Assembly (NCBI GenBank): GCA_040954595.2
Contig: CM082598.2
Location: 2,232,001 to 2,296,000 of the forward strand
Reading direction: 5' to 3'
DNA from: Balanoglossus misakiensis
Lineage: Eukaryota; Animalia; Hemichordata
Length of the DNA: 64,000 nucleotides
Positions within the stretch are counted from its first letter, which is position 1. Each line of letters starts with the position of its first letter. Below are positions 37,201 to 49,622 of the stretch, in pieces. A program made the translations under genes and the position numbers. The notes beneath the pieces were generated by a model. The model made no database searches. It was not told the DNA's origin and was given only the letters and a program-made list of their open reading frames with translations.

Positions 37201-40200
37201 TTTAATGAACTTAATGAAAGGCCCTCTGTATGTCATTTTGGTATGTGATATTTGCATTCAATCCAACAAGTTACCTAAAACCATGACTGAACTGTATCAA
37301 CAGATTGTTGACTACGTGATGGAAAGGTACTGTTTAAAATATGAGGTAGATAACAGTTTAGTTCAGGACGATTTACTTTACCTAAGTGAAGTTGCATACA
37401 AGTCGCTCAAGGAAAGGAGTTATGAAATGCATTTCAGTGATGAAGATAAAGAACGTAACCAACGTCTGCATAAGTTGGGTTTCTTGACGATAATTCCACA
37501 GCGTGTAAAGTCATCTGCTCATCACAGATACATGTTTCATCATCAAACGTTTTATGAATTTTTTGCGGCAAAGTACATTGCTAATCTTTGCCGAAAGGAA
37601 CCAGATAAGTTTGCCGACATTGTATCAAGCTGCTTCTTATTCACCAGAGCAGATTTCTTTGAAGAAAGTAATGTTCCTAGATTTACAGCAGGTATTTTAA
37701 AAGACAATGTGAGTGAAATGTTTACTATCTTGAAAAGACGTGGGAAAGTATTTAATGTTTCATTAGAAGAAGCACTTAGGGAAGGGGAATTTTTTTCAGA
37801 AGTGTTATTAATGAAGCCAAGCGGATTGTATCAAGAAGCAGATCTATTATATGAAAGTGGGTGTACCAATAAGTCAGCAATAGATAGCTGTGCGCAAATA
37901 TTAACCAACATAAAGATTGACTTATTGGAAAGTGATAGGGGTACTGGGATAGAGCACCACAAACGCATACTGGAATCGCACAATCTAAGTACAGAAGCAA
38001 CAATCTGGGTATTTTGTAGTATCACTAAATTTTCATATGAAGTAATGTATGACACATTGAAGTCTGCCAGAAACAGAGGAACAGTTGTGCTGGTCATAGA
38101 CTGTGAATTTGAAAGTCATGTTGTTCAACTGCGAAACCTCACAAATGTACTTCCTGGAACGATTACCGTATTCAATAATGTGCTGTGTGAGAAATCCAGT
38201 ACTGATGAGTTTAGTGAAGTTCTCAAGACTTGTCATTCACTACGAGGGGTGTCTGTCGATTTTTATGATACCAGCAGAACCTGGATGATGTCAGTATCAA
38301 TTACAAAACTGAATAAGGTTGGTTCAAGATCTGACAGAATGTCAAATATGGAAATGACTGTCGCATTTGATCCCAGCAGACAAGTCGTAGGAGACGATAT
38401 CACGAATACACTCTCACTTCTCGCAAGAAGTATACATATCAAAAAGTTAACAGTCATTTGCACATCCAGTATCTCTGCGGATGATGGATTAGACAACAAG
38501 ACTGACAAAATGGGCCAAGCTGTTTGTAATATTGTATCTGTGGTTAAACCTAAAACAGTTGCCATTTTGGGATTACCTATGGGTTCTTTAGAATATCTGC
38601 GGAAAGCATCTGCACAAATTATTGAATGCAAGGAAATACGTTCAGCTAATGAAGTGGAAATTACTTATTTGGATAGGGAGGTACGTCAGTTTAAGGCCAC
38701 ACAACTTGATATAACAGCTACATTTGGAAAGTTCACTACCTCTTTCAAAATAAACCATATGGATTTTACATTAGGCGATCTGTGTCAGTTACTATCCGAG
38801 ACTCATTCGCTTGAAAAAGGAGACATTTATTTTGATATTCTAATTGATTCCAGTTTCAAAAATGAAAACACAGATTCTGACATCCAGCATATGCTTGACA
38901 GGATGACATCAGTGAGTATTGACGAACTGAGGCTCAGCATTTCCAACAGCTCTCACACGGGTAGTATTGATTTTCTTATAGAAAGGGTGTTAGAGAGGCT
39001 GTTAAATGTTACCATAAAAGTTCTTATAATTGAAGGTGTATCTTTTGGTAGCATAGGTGAGATTAGGCATATACACACACAAGTCTTTAAACACCAGGTA
39101 ATGGCAAAAGTCAATGAAATTAAGCTTGTCTATGTTGAAGAGGGGATTGCTAAATTGAAAGAAGTTAACATTAAATATAAGGCCAAACGTGCAAAGCGCC
39201 AATCAAACAGATTGCTGCAAGGCATGCAGTCTTCAAATACTGCATGTATATTAGAGAACGATCAGTGTGAAAGTGCTGATAAAAATCTTTCAGTTAACTC
39301 ATACATTGAAAAACTGAAAAGTATATGTTATTTTACCAATTTTGATGTTGACTTGCGTGACCTTTTTGACTTTCTGTTAGAAGTACATCCTGGTTGTAAA
39401 GATGCACCAACTTTTGGTATTTCGATAAAGTGTGATTTTGAAAACACTGAAATTGATAGCCTAATCAACAAGACGCTTGCTAGGATAGACTCAATCAATA
39501 TCAACCACATCGAATTGAAATGTTCCAATGTAACTGACTCACTTGATAATTCTTCTAGACTAGTTAAAGTTGCTGAGACTTTGTCTCTGATATCTTATAC
39601 ACAACTAATTATTAGAGGATTAACTCATGGTCAATTCAAGATGTTCAATAATATGTTAAGACTACTGAAACAGCAAGCCTTGCGGTCACTCAATAGAATA
39701 TACATATACCTTTTAGAGGATTATCAATATAAAGTGAATAATGTAAATTTTATAGTTACATCAGTGTATGAGAACCTGACCATAACATATTGTTTTATAA
39801 GTATGGATGTTGACTTATGTGACCTTTTTGACTTTCTGTCAGAAGTACATCCTGGTTGTAAAGATGCACCAACTTTTAATATGTCGATAAAGTGTGATTT
39901 TGACAACACTGAAATTGATAGCCTAATCAACAAGATGCTTGCTAGGATGGACTCAATCAATATCAACTGCATCGAATTGAAATGTTCCAATGTAACTGAC
40001 TCACTTGATAATTCTTCTAGACTAGTTAAAGTTGCTGAGACTTTGTCGCTGATATATTATACACACCTAGCTATTGGAGGATTAAATCATGGTCAATTGA
40101 AGATCATCCATAATATGCTTAAACAACTTACAAAGCAAGTCTTGCAGTCACCAAACAGAACATACATTACCCTTTTAGAGGACAATGAGTGTCAATGGAA

Positions 40201-43200
40201 TGATGCAAATCTCATAGTCAAATCAAACCACAAGAATCTGACAGTAGGAATTAGTTTTACGAGTATGGATGTTGACTTGCGTGACCTTTTTGACTTTCTG
40301 TCAGAAGTATATCATGGTTGTAAAGATGCACCAACTTTTGATATTGAGATAAAGTGTGATTTTGACAACACTGAAATTGATAGCCTAATCAACAAGATGC
40401 TTGCTAGGATGGAGTCAATCAATATTGAGGAGATCGAATTGAAATGTTCCAATTTAACTGACTCACTTGATAATTCTTCTAGACTAGTTAAAGTTGCTGA
40501 GGCTTTGTCCCTGATATCTTATACACGACTAATTATTAGAGGATTAACTAAAGAAAATTTGCAGATCATCCATAATATGCTTAAACAACTTAAAAATCAA
40601 GTCTTGCAGTCACCAAACAGAACATACATATACCTTTTAGAGGACAATAAGTGTCAAGGGTATGATGCAAATCTCAGAGTCAAATCAAACCACAAGAACC
40701 TGACCGTAAGACTTTGTTTTACGAGTATGGATGTTGACTTGCGTGAAATTTTTGACTTTCTGTCAGAAGTACATCCTGGTTGTAAAGCTGCACCAACTTT
40801 TGATATTTCGATAAAGTGTGATTTTGACAACACTGAAATTGATAGCCTAATCAACAAGATGCTTGCTAGGATGGACTCAATCAATATCAACTGCATCGAA
40901 TTGAAATGTTCCAATGTAACTGACTCACTTGATAATTCTTCTAGACTAGTTAAAGTTGCTGAGGCTTTGTCCCTGATATCTTATACACGACTAATTATTA
41001 GAGGATTAACTAAAGAAAATTTGCAGATCATCCATAATATGCTTAAACAACTTAAAAATCAAGTCTTGCAGTCACCAAACAGAACATACATATACCTTTT
41101 AGAGGACAATAAGTGTCAATGGAATGATGCAAATCTCAGAGTCAAATCAAACCACAAGAACCTGACCGTAAGACTTTGTTTTACGAGTATGGATGTTGAC
41201 TTGCGTGAAATTTTTGACTTTCTGTCAGAAGTACATCCTGGTTGTAAAGCTGCACCAACTTTTGATATTTCGATAAAGTGTGATTTTGACAACACTGAAA
41301 TTGATAGCCTAATCAACAAGATGCTTGCTAGGATGGAGTCAATCAATATTGAGGAGATCGAATTGAAATGTTCCAATTTAACTGACTCACTTGATAATTC
41401 TTCTAGACTAGTTAAAGTTGCTGAGGCTTTGTCCCTGATATCTTATACACGACTAATTATTAGAGGATTAACTAAAGAAAATTTGCAGATCATCCATAAT
41501 ATGCTTAAACAACTTAAAAATCAAGTCTTGCAGTCACCAAACAGAACATACATATACCTTTTAGAGGACAATAAGTGTCAATGGAATGATGCAAATCTCA
41601 GAGTCAAATCAAACCACAAGAACCTGACCGTAAGACTTTGTTTTACGAGTATGGATGTTGACTTGCGTGACCTTTTTGACTTTCTGTCAGAAGTATATCA
41701 TGGTTGTAAAGCTGCACCAACTTTTGATATTTCGATAAAGTGTGATTTTGACAACACTGAAATTGATAGCCTAATCAACAAGATGCTTGCTAGGATGGAG
41801 TCAATCAATATTGAGGAGATCGAATTGAAATGTTCCAATTTAACTGACTCACTTGATAATTCTTCGAGACTAGTTAAAGTTGCTGAGGCTTTGTCCCTGA
41901 TATCTTATACACGACTAATTATTAGAGGATTAACTAAAGAAAATTTGCAGATCATCCATAATATGCTTAAACAACTTAAAAATCAAGTCTTGCAGTCACC
42001 AAACAGAACATACATATACCTTTTAGAGGACAATAAGTGTCAATGGAATGATGCAAATCTCAGAGTCAAATCAAACCACAAGAATCTGACAGTAGGAATT
42101 AGTTTTACGAGTATGGATGTTGACTTGCGTGACCTTTTTGACTTTCTGTCAGAAGTATATCATGGTTGTAAAGATGCACCAACTTTTGATATTGAGATAA
42201 AGTGTGATTTTGACAACACTGAAATTGATAGCCTAATCAACAAGATGCTTGCTAGGATGGAGTCAATCAATATTGAGGAGATCGAATTGAAATGTTCCAA
42301 TTTAACTGACTCACTTGATAATTCTTCGAGACTAGTTAAAGTTGCTGAGGCTTTGTCCCTGATATCTTATACACGACTAATTATTAGAGGATTAACTAAA
42401 GAAAATTTGCAGATCATCCATAATATGCTTAAACAACTTAAAAATCAAGTCTTGCAGTCACCAAACAGAACATACATATACCTTTTAGAGGACAATAAGT
42501 GTCAATGGAATGATGCAAATCTCAGAGTCAAATCAAACCACAAGAACCTGACCGTAAGACTTTGTTTTACGAGTATGGATGTTGACTTGCGTGAAATTTT
42601 TGACTTTCTGTCAGAAGTACATCCTGGTTGTAAAGCTGCACCAACTTTTGATATTTCGATAAAGTGTGATTTTGACAACACTGAAATTGATAGCCTAATC
42701 AACAAGATGCTTGCTAGGATGGAGTCAATCAATATTGAGGAGATCGAATTGAAATGTTCCAATTTAACTGACTCACTTGATAATTCTTCGAGACTAGTTA
42801 AAGTTGCTGAGGCTTTGTCCCTGATATCTTATACACGACTAATTATTAGAGGATTAACTAAAGAAAATTTGCAGATCATCCATAATATGCTTAAACAACT
42901 TAAAAATCAAGTCTTGCAGTCACCAAACAGAACATACATATACCTTTTAGAGGACAATAAGTGTCAATGGAATGATGCAAATCTCAGAGTCAAATCAAAC
43001 CACAAGAACCTGACCGTAAGACTTTGTTTTACGAGTATGGATGTTGACTTGCGTGACCTTTTTGACTTTCTGTCAGAAGTATATCATGGTTGTAAAGCTG
43101 CACCAACTTTTGATATTTCGATAAAGTGTGATTTTGACAACACTGAAATTGATAGCCTAATCAACAAGATGCTTGCTAGGATGGAGTCAATCAATATTGA

Positions 43201-45682
43201 GGAGATCGAATTGAAATGTTCCAATTTAACTGACTCACTTGATAATTCTTCGAGACTAGTTAAAGTTGCTGAGGCTTTGTCCCTGATATCTTATACACGA
43301 CTAATTATTAGAGGATTAACTAAAGAAAATTTGCAGATCATCCATAATATGCTTAAACAACTTAAAAATCAAGTCTTGCAGTCACCAAACAGAACATACA
43401 TATACCTTTTAGAGGACAATAAGTGTCAATGGAATGATGCAAATCTCAGAGTCAAATCAAACCACAAGAATCTGACAGTAGGAATTAGTTTTACGAGTAT
43501 GGATGTTGACTTGCGTGACCTTTTTGACTTTCTGTCAGAAGTATATCATGGTTGTAAAGATGCACCAACTTTTGATATTGAGATAAAGTGTGATTTTGAC
43601 AACACTGAAATTGATAGCCTAATCAACAAGATGCTTGCTAGGATGGAGTCAATCAATATTGAGGAGATCGAATTGAAATGTTCCAATTTAACTGACTCAC
43701 TTGATAATTCTTCGAGACTAGTTAAAGTTGCTGAGGCTTTGTCCCTGATATCTTATACACGACTAATTATTAGAGGATTAACTAAAGAAAATTTGCAGAT
43801 CATCCATAATATGCTTAAACAACTTAAAAATCAAGTCTTGCAGTCACCAAACAGAACATACATATACCTTTTAGAGGACAATAAGTGTCAATGGAATGAT
43901 GCAAATCTCAGAGTCAAATCAAACCACAAGAATCTGACAGTAGGAATTAGTTTTACGAGTATGGATGTTGACTTGCGTGACCTTTTTGACTTTCTGTCAG
44001 AAGTATATCATGGTTGTAAAGATGCACCAACTTTTGATATTGAGATAAAGTGTGATTTTGACAACACTGAAATTGATAGCCTAATCAACAAGATGCTTGC
44101 TAGGATGGAGTCAATCAATATTGAGGAGATCGAATTGAAATGTTCCAATGTAACTGACTCACTTGATAATTCTTCTAGACTAGTTAAAGTTGCTGAGGCT
44201 TTGTCCCTGATATCTTATACACGACTAATTATTAGAGGATTAACTAAAGAAAATTTGCAGATCATCCATAATATGCTTAAACAACTTAAAAATCAAGTCT
44301 TGCAGTCACCAAACAGAACATACATATACCTTTTAGAGGACAATAAGTGTCAATGGAATGATGCAAATCTCAGAGTCAAATCAAACCACAAGAACCTGAC
44401 CGTAATACTTTTTTTTACGAGTATGGATGTTGACTTGCGTGAAATTTTTGACTTTCTGTCAGAAGTACATCCTGGTTGTAAAGCTGCACCAACTTTTGAT
44501 ATTTCGATAAAGTGTGATTTTGACAACACTGAAATTGATAGCCTAATCAACAAGATGCTTGCTAGGATGGAGTCAATCAATATTGAGGAGATCGAATTGA
44601 AATGTTCCAATTTAACTGACTCACTTGATAATTCTTCTAGACTAGTTAAAGTTGCTGAGGCTTTGTCCCTGATATCTTATACACGACTAATTATTAGAGG
44701 ATTAACTAAAGAAAATTTGCAGATCATCCATAATATGCTTAAACAACTTAAAAATCAAGTCTTGCAGTCACCAAACAGAACATACATATACCTTTTAGAG
44801 GACAATAAGTGTCAATGGTATGATGCAAATCTCAGAGTCAAATCAAACCACAAGAACCTGACCGTAAGACTTTGTTTTACGAGTATGGATGTTGACTTGC
44901 GTGAAATTTTTGACTTTCTGTCAGAAGTACATCCTGGTTGTAAAGCTGCACCAACTTTTGATATTTCGATAAAGTGTGATTTTGACAACACTGAAATTGA
45001 TAGCCTAATCAACAAGATGCTTGCTAGGATGGAGTCAATCAATATTGAGGAGATCGAATTGAAATGTTCCAATTTAACTGACTCACTTGATAATTCTTCT
45101 AGACTAGTTAAAGTTGCTGAGGCTTTGTCCCTGATATCTTATACATACCTAGCTATTAGAGGATTAAATCATGGTCAATTGAAGATCATCCATAATATGC
45201 TTAAACAACTTAAAAATCAAGTCTTGCAGTCACCAAACAGAACATACATATACCTTTTAGAGGACAATGAGTGTCAATGGAATGATGCAAATCTCAGAGT
45301 CAAATCAAACCACAAGAACCTGACCGTAAGACTTTGTTTTACGAGTATGGATGTTGACTTGCGTGAAATTTTTGACTTTCTGTCAGAAGTACATCCTGGT
45401 TGTAAAGCTGCACCAACTTTTGATATTTCGATAAAGTGTGATTTTGACAACACTGAAATTGATAGCCTAATCAACAAGATGCTTGCTAGGATGGAGTCAA
45501 TCAATATTGAGGAGATCGAATTGAAATGTTCCAATGTAACTGACTCACTTGATAATTCTTCTAGACTAGTTAAAGTTGCTGAGGCTTTGTCCCCGATATC
45601 TTATACACGACTAATTATCAGAGGATTACCTGATGACAAATTAAAGGAAATCAATATGATGATAAAAGTTAAGAAAAAGTAA
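34277..45682 (+). CDS. DED-NACHT NLR-type protein with a C-terminal 154-aa tandem repeat array; exons 34277-34598, 35542-35610, 35966-36052, 36171-36242, 36453-45682 (~3259 aa)
   Basis: Exon 1 is DED-like (LLKLKERGLISEDDVGLLKDLFGTIRRHDL, with RxDL motif). The last exon has the pre-NACHT PLPW, Walker A GDPGYGKTT, Walker B LIFDGLDE, VIVTSR, GPLY and winged-helix FHHQTFYEFFAA. All four introns are GT-AG, phase 1. Confidence 0.9.
39344..45630 (+). repeat. Coding tandem repeat, 462-bp (154-aa) unit, 14 copies (last one partial)
   Basis: GATGTTGACTT recurs at 39344, 39806, 40268, 40730, 41192, 41654, 42116, 42578, 43040, 43502, 43964, 44426, 44888 and 45350, an exact 462-bp spacing with an open frame throughout. 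Confidence 0.98.
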
Positions 45683-46337
45683 ACCTTGCAGTCTCAAAAA
45701 GATAAATGTATAATACTTTGAGGGGAAGATGAGTATGAAATTTGTGATACAACTTTCAGAGTCAAATCACCACACAGATAACTTACAATGATATGTTATC
45801 TTGCAAATACTCTCAATGCACAGGGTCCTGGCAAAAATACAGCCGTTTTGAACTTTTGATGCTATAGAAAACACATCATGTTGATGTCTTAATTGTGCAA
45901 CCTATGTGACTTAACTATCAGAGGTAAACAAACTGGCAGCATTGCATGGCCAAACATTTTCCACTTAGTATATTGAATAGCAGTATAACACCTACCGGGT
46001 ATAAGAAATATGCACTGCCTATCTCTGACTTTTTTGCATGTTTTAGGGTTACTGTTAAAGTCGTTTTATAAGACGCACCTTTTATGAGTGACAGTGTGTG
46101 CCGAAAAGGGGGTGCGACTTATAATACCGATGTTCTGTTGTATCCATTTTCTGAAAATCTCCTCCCACACAAGTCATTCAAAGGGTGCGACTTATAAAAT
46201 GACTTTAAAATTGCCTCTCCAGTTAAGACTTGTTTAATAAGTAGAAACCAATATCTTATTGTGGTTACTGGATTTCATTACAGTTATATTTGTTACAAGT
46301 GAGTGATTCAACTAAACTTGTCTTATACATAGCAGTT

Positions 46338-46485
46338 AACATATCTCTTCTGAATTCAACCACCTACCGGTACTTCTAACTTATTTACTGGCTACTTTAG
46401 AGAGTTCCTTGCTATAGCAGGGAACTCTAAAGTAGCCAGTAAATAAGTTAGAAGTAGGTGGTTGAATCCAGAACAGATATGTGTT
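46338..46485. repeat. ~145-bp near-perfect palindrome downstream of the NLR stop codon
   Basis: TTCAACCACCTAC..TACTTCTAACTTATTTACTGGCTACTTTAGAG pairs with CTCTAAAGTAGCCAGTAAATAAGTTAGAAGTAGGTGGTTGAA around the centre GCTATAGC. Confidence 0.9.
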
Positions 46486-46787
46486 GGAGAGGAATTAAGG
46501 GAATGGCTAATAGAGGGTTACTTTTTGAGAAAAATGAAACATAGGTAATTATTTTTGCTGGCTACTTGGCTCGTCTACACCCTTGTTTGTCTGAGTATGC
46601 ATGTTAGTTTCCCAGTCATCCCCAGTGTTGTTTGATATGTAATTCTGCAAAACGGCCTTCAGATCAAAGTATTTTGTTGATGTGATTGGTGTGGTTAGTT
46701 GTGACTAAGTCTCACGCTGTGGTGATCATCATGCTGATGTCTGATGATTGTCACATCGTGAAACTCACAGGTCACAATCACACACAC

Positions 46788-46813
46788 ATGCATACACACA
46801 CATACACACACAC

Positions 46814-46844
<31 letters not shown>

Positions 46845-46865
46845 CGTTAGTGCATGTGTGTGCAT
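46788..46865 (+). repeat. (CA)n/(TG)n microsatellite
   Basis: Seen directly. Confidence 0.9.
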
Positions 46866-49622
46866 ATGTGTACCTGGTAAGTCACTAATTATGTCTACAA
46901 AATACAGACACTTAGCCATAGAATAAAACACCACACTCAGTATATGAGTGAATTTTACAGTATACAAATGCGTTTTTTAAGTTTGTGTGTCTATGTATAT
47001 TAAAATGCACTAGTATGTGCATGTACTATGTAGATATTAATTCTATTCTGAACTTTTTTCCTTGTTTTGATTTTCTTGCTTAGTATTGCCATGCCTGGGG
47101 TTGCTGTTGCAAGAATACTTTACTATTGAGTCCTTTAGGGACATGTTTGTCAATACAGAATTTTTTTAAACTTTATAACTGTATGTATATTATAACTGAA
47201 TGTATACTACCATCTTACATTTGTATTTAAAGTTCTAATGCAATTTTCAAATACGACTTTGGATATATTGTATCCTCACACAGAAATTTGCATTTGGGTT
47301 AACTGTTGAATATGTATTGGCAATTTGATCATATTATCAACTGAGTTGTCTATGTGACCCACATGGAAACTTCTGGTGGTTATATTTTGACATGCATCTT
47401 TAAATGGACATTGAAGATGCCTGAGCAATTCCTCATTGTGTATATGAATAAGCTGATACATACTTGGAGTTAGCAAATCACATTATTAAAATCACAGGTA
47501 GTTTTGAAATTCCCCTGATTTGAAATATACTCTGTATATCAATTATCAGTGTGTCAATCCTACACAAGCACCCTGACCCTTCAGTTCAAAGGATTAAAAT
47601 TTCACACGAAGTTGAAAGTTATTGTAATCGTAAATCAAGACATTGTGAATTGTATCATTACTTTTCTTGCATGATGTATTTTGGATTGATATCGTCTCAT
47701 ATTTCTGTGCACAATGTGTGCATAAACAGCTGATGTATTCATTATATTCATTGTAAATGGAAAGTTGTAATAAAGATTATTATTGACTTCCTACAAAATC
47801 TGTGTTGAAGGAGTGTTGTTCACGTATGCTAATTAAATCATTTGTATGATCAACTTATTAGTAATTTACCTTTGATTTTGAAGAAAAATTAACAAAAATG
47901 TGAAGAAATAGCCCCAGTGATTCCAGCAGATCCAAACAAAGGTCTTACCTGGAAATGCACATACACACACTTCATTCTTATTCCAACCATGATGACTATT
48001 TGACCTTTTATTTGAGTTCTTACTCAAAGTCAGCCCTATACCTTTGCAAGTAGTGTAGATAATTTTCTTGAGTCACCAGTGAGTTTGATGAGTCAATGGC
48101 GAGTCATATCGGCTTAGAGGGCACACTGGGGTGAAGATCCATGAATTCACGGAAGTCTTACCTGGAAATGCATGTACACAAACTTCATTCTTATTCCAAA
48201 CCATGATGACTTTTTGACTTCATACTTGTATATTTCCCTCTGCTGCAAATAATAAATACAAAGAAATCATGGTTCGAAACTTTTTTCTCAGATTCTTGTA
48301 TTTTTAACATCAGTGTATTTGATTACCTATCACTGAGGGCGCACTTTTCAGAGGGCCCGCAGATCCCAGCCATAAACAATAGCTGAAACCTAGAAATGAA
48401 ATCACCATGCCACAACCAAAACCACGTGTGAAAAACTGCCATAGAAATGTGCATATACCGGGGTAGGCCTATAGTACACATGCGCCAAGTCGAAGAAAAA
48501 GTAAAGCAAAAATTAGATGAATTCAAAGTTGAAATGGTATGGACCATCTCCAAGCATGACGGACACCGAATTGTTTATCGACACATTCTTTATTCAAACT
48601 GTACATAGGTTTCATGTTATATTTCTGCTTTTCAAAACATGCTAAAATATGCAACACATTCAGGGCCTATATAATCTATTATTTACACCACAAAACTTAC
48701 ATTACCAAGAAGTAAATAAAAAGGCCAGGCAAACAGATTTTTATCATGGTCGTTATATGAATAAAATTCCAAGGGCTAAACCAAAAAGAAAAAAAATATC
48801 CACTTCATCAGAAGCAAGTAAAAATACATGTACATTACACATGTAGATTAAGCAACAATTTCTAGTCAACCATCCAATCAGAATCTGTGTTACATGATCA
48901 AAAACGACTGCTACATATTGTTTAACTACAACATAAAGAACTGTGTTTTTTTCACATAATTTTGATACATTTTTGAATACAATGCAGCATTCATAGTCTT
49001 CATTTTTGGCTTTGTGATTCCCTCCTCTTCATTTATGTTTTTCTTGCTCCGACTCTCAAGGAAAACTCTTTGACACAGACAAAGCCTATATACACACACT
49101 TCATAACCTGCAATCCAATCCATATAGCATTCTGCATGAATTTGTTGTCTCTTTCAAGGATTGTTCTTGAACCTCCAAGGATATTTACATCAAACATCTC
49201 TTTCAACCAATCAGCATACAGTATGCAAGCCACAATGCATACAATGATAATATAAAACATACAGTATATAAATTTTTAGCATTCATGATTATTATCTTTA
49301 CATGAAAAACAGGCCTTCATAAACATAATTTTAATTCTTCTCAGAAATGAGCCTGTTTCTGGACGTGGCTGCAAGTATTCTTGCTTTACAAAGCGATTAT
49401 TGAACACAGCTTCAGGAAAAGAACATGACTTAGTCCACTTCTTAAATATCTTATCTGATTCGTCTTGATTTTTGTCAATTTCCTTTCCCTCTGGAACCAA
49501 CAACGCTGGACACTTAATGCATAAATGATCAAGGCAGTTAAGATTTAGAAGCAAAACAAACATGAGCTGCATAGATCCACTTCAAAGACACTGGTCCAAT
49601 AATTTGATTGTAGATGTGAAAA

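Noticed and set aside
39328-45534. Repeated 66-88-aa minus-strand ORFs (MEHFNS...)
   Set aside because: Antisense shadows of the NLR coding repeat.
39344-45630. CRISPR-like array or non-coding satellite
   Set aside because: The units are 462-bp in-frame coding repeats with no unique spacers, in a eukaryotic gene.
48926-49572. Minus-strand ORFs downstream of the EFCAB6-like stop
   Set aside because: AT-rich 3' UTR-like sequence without a coherent exon structure.
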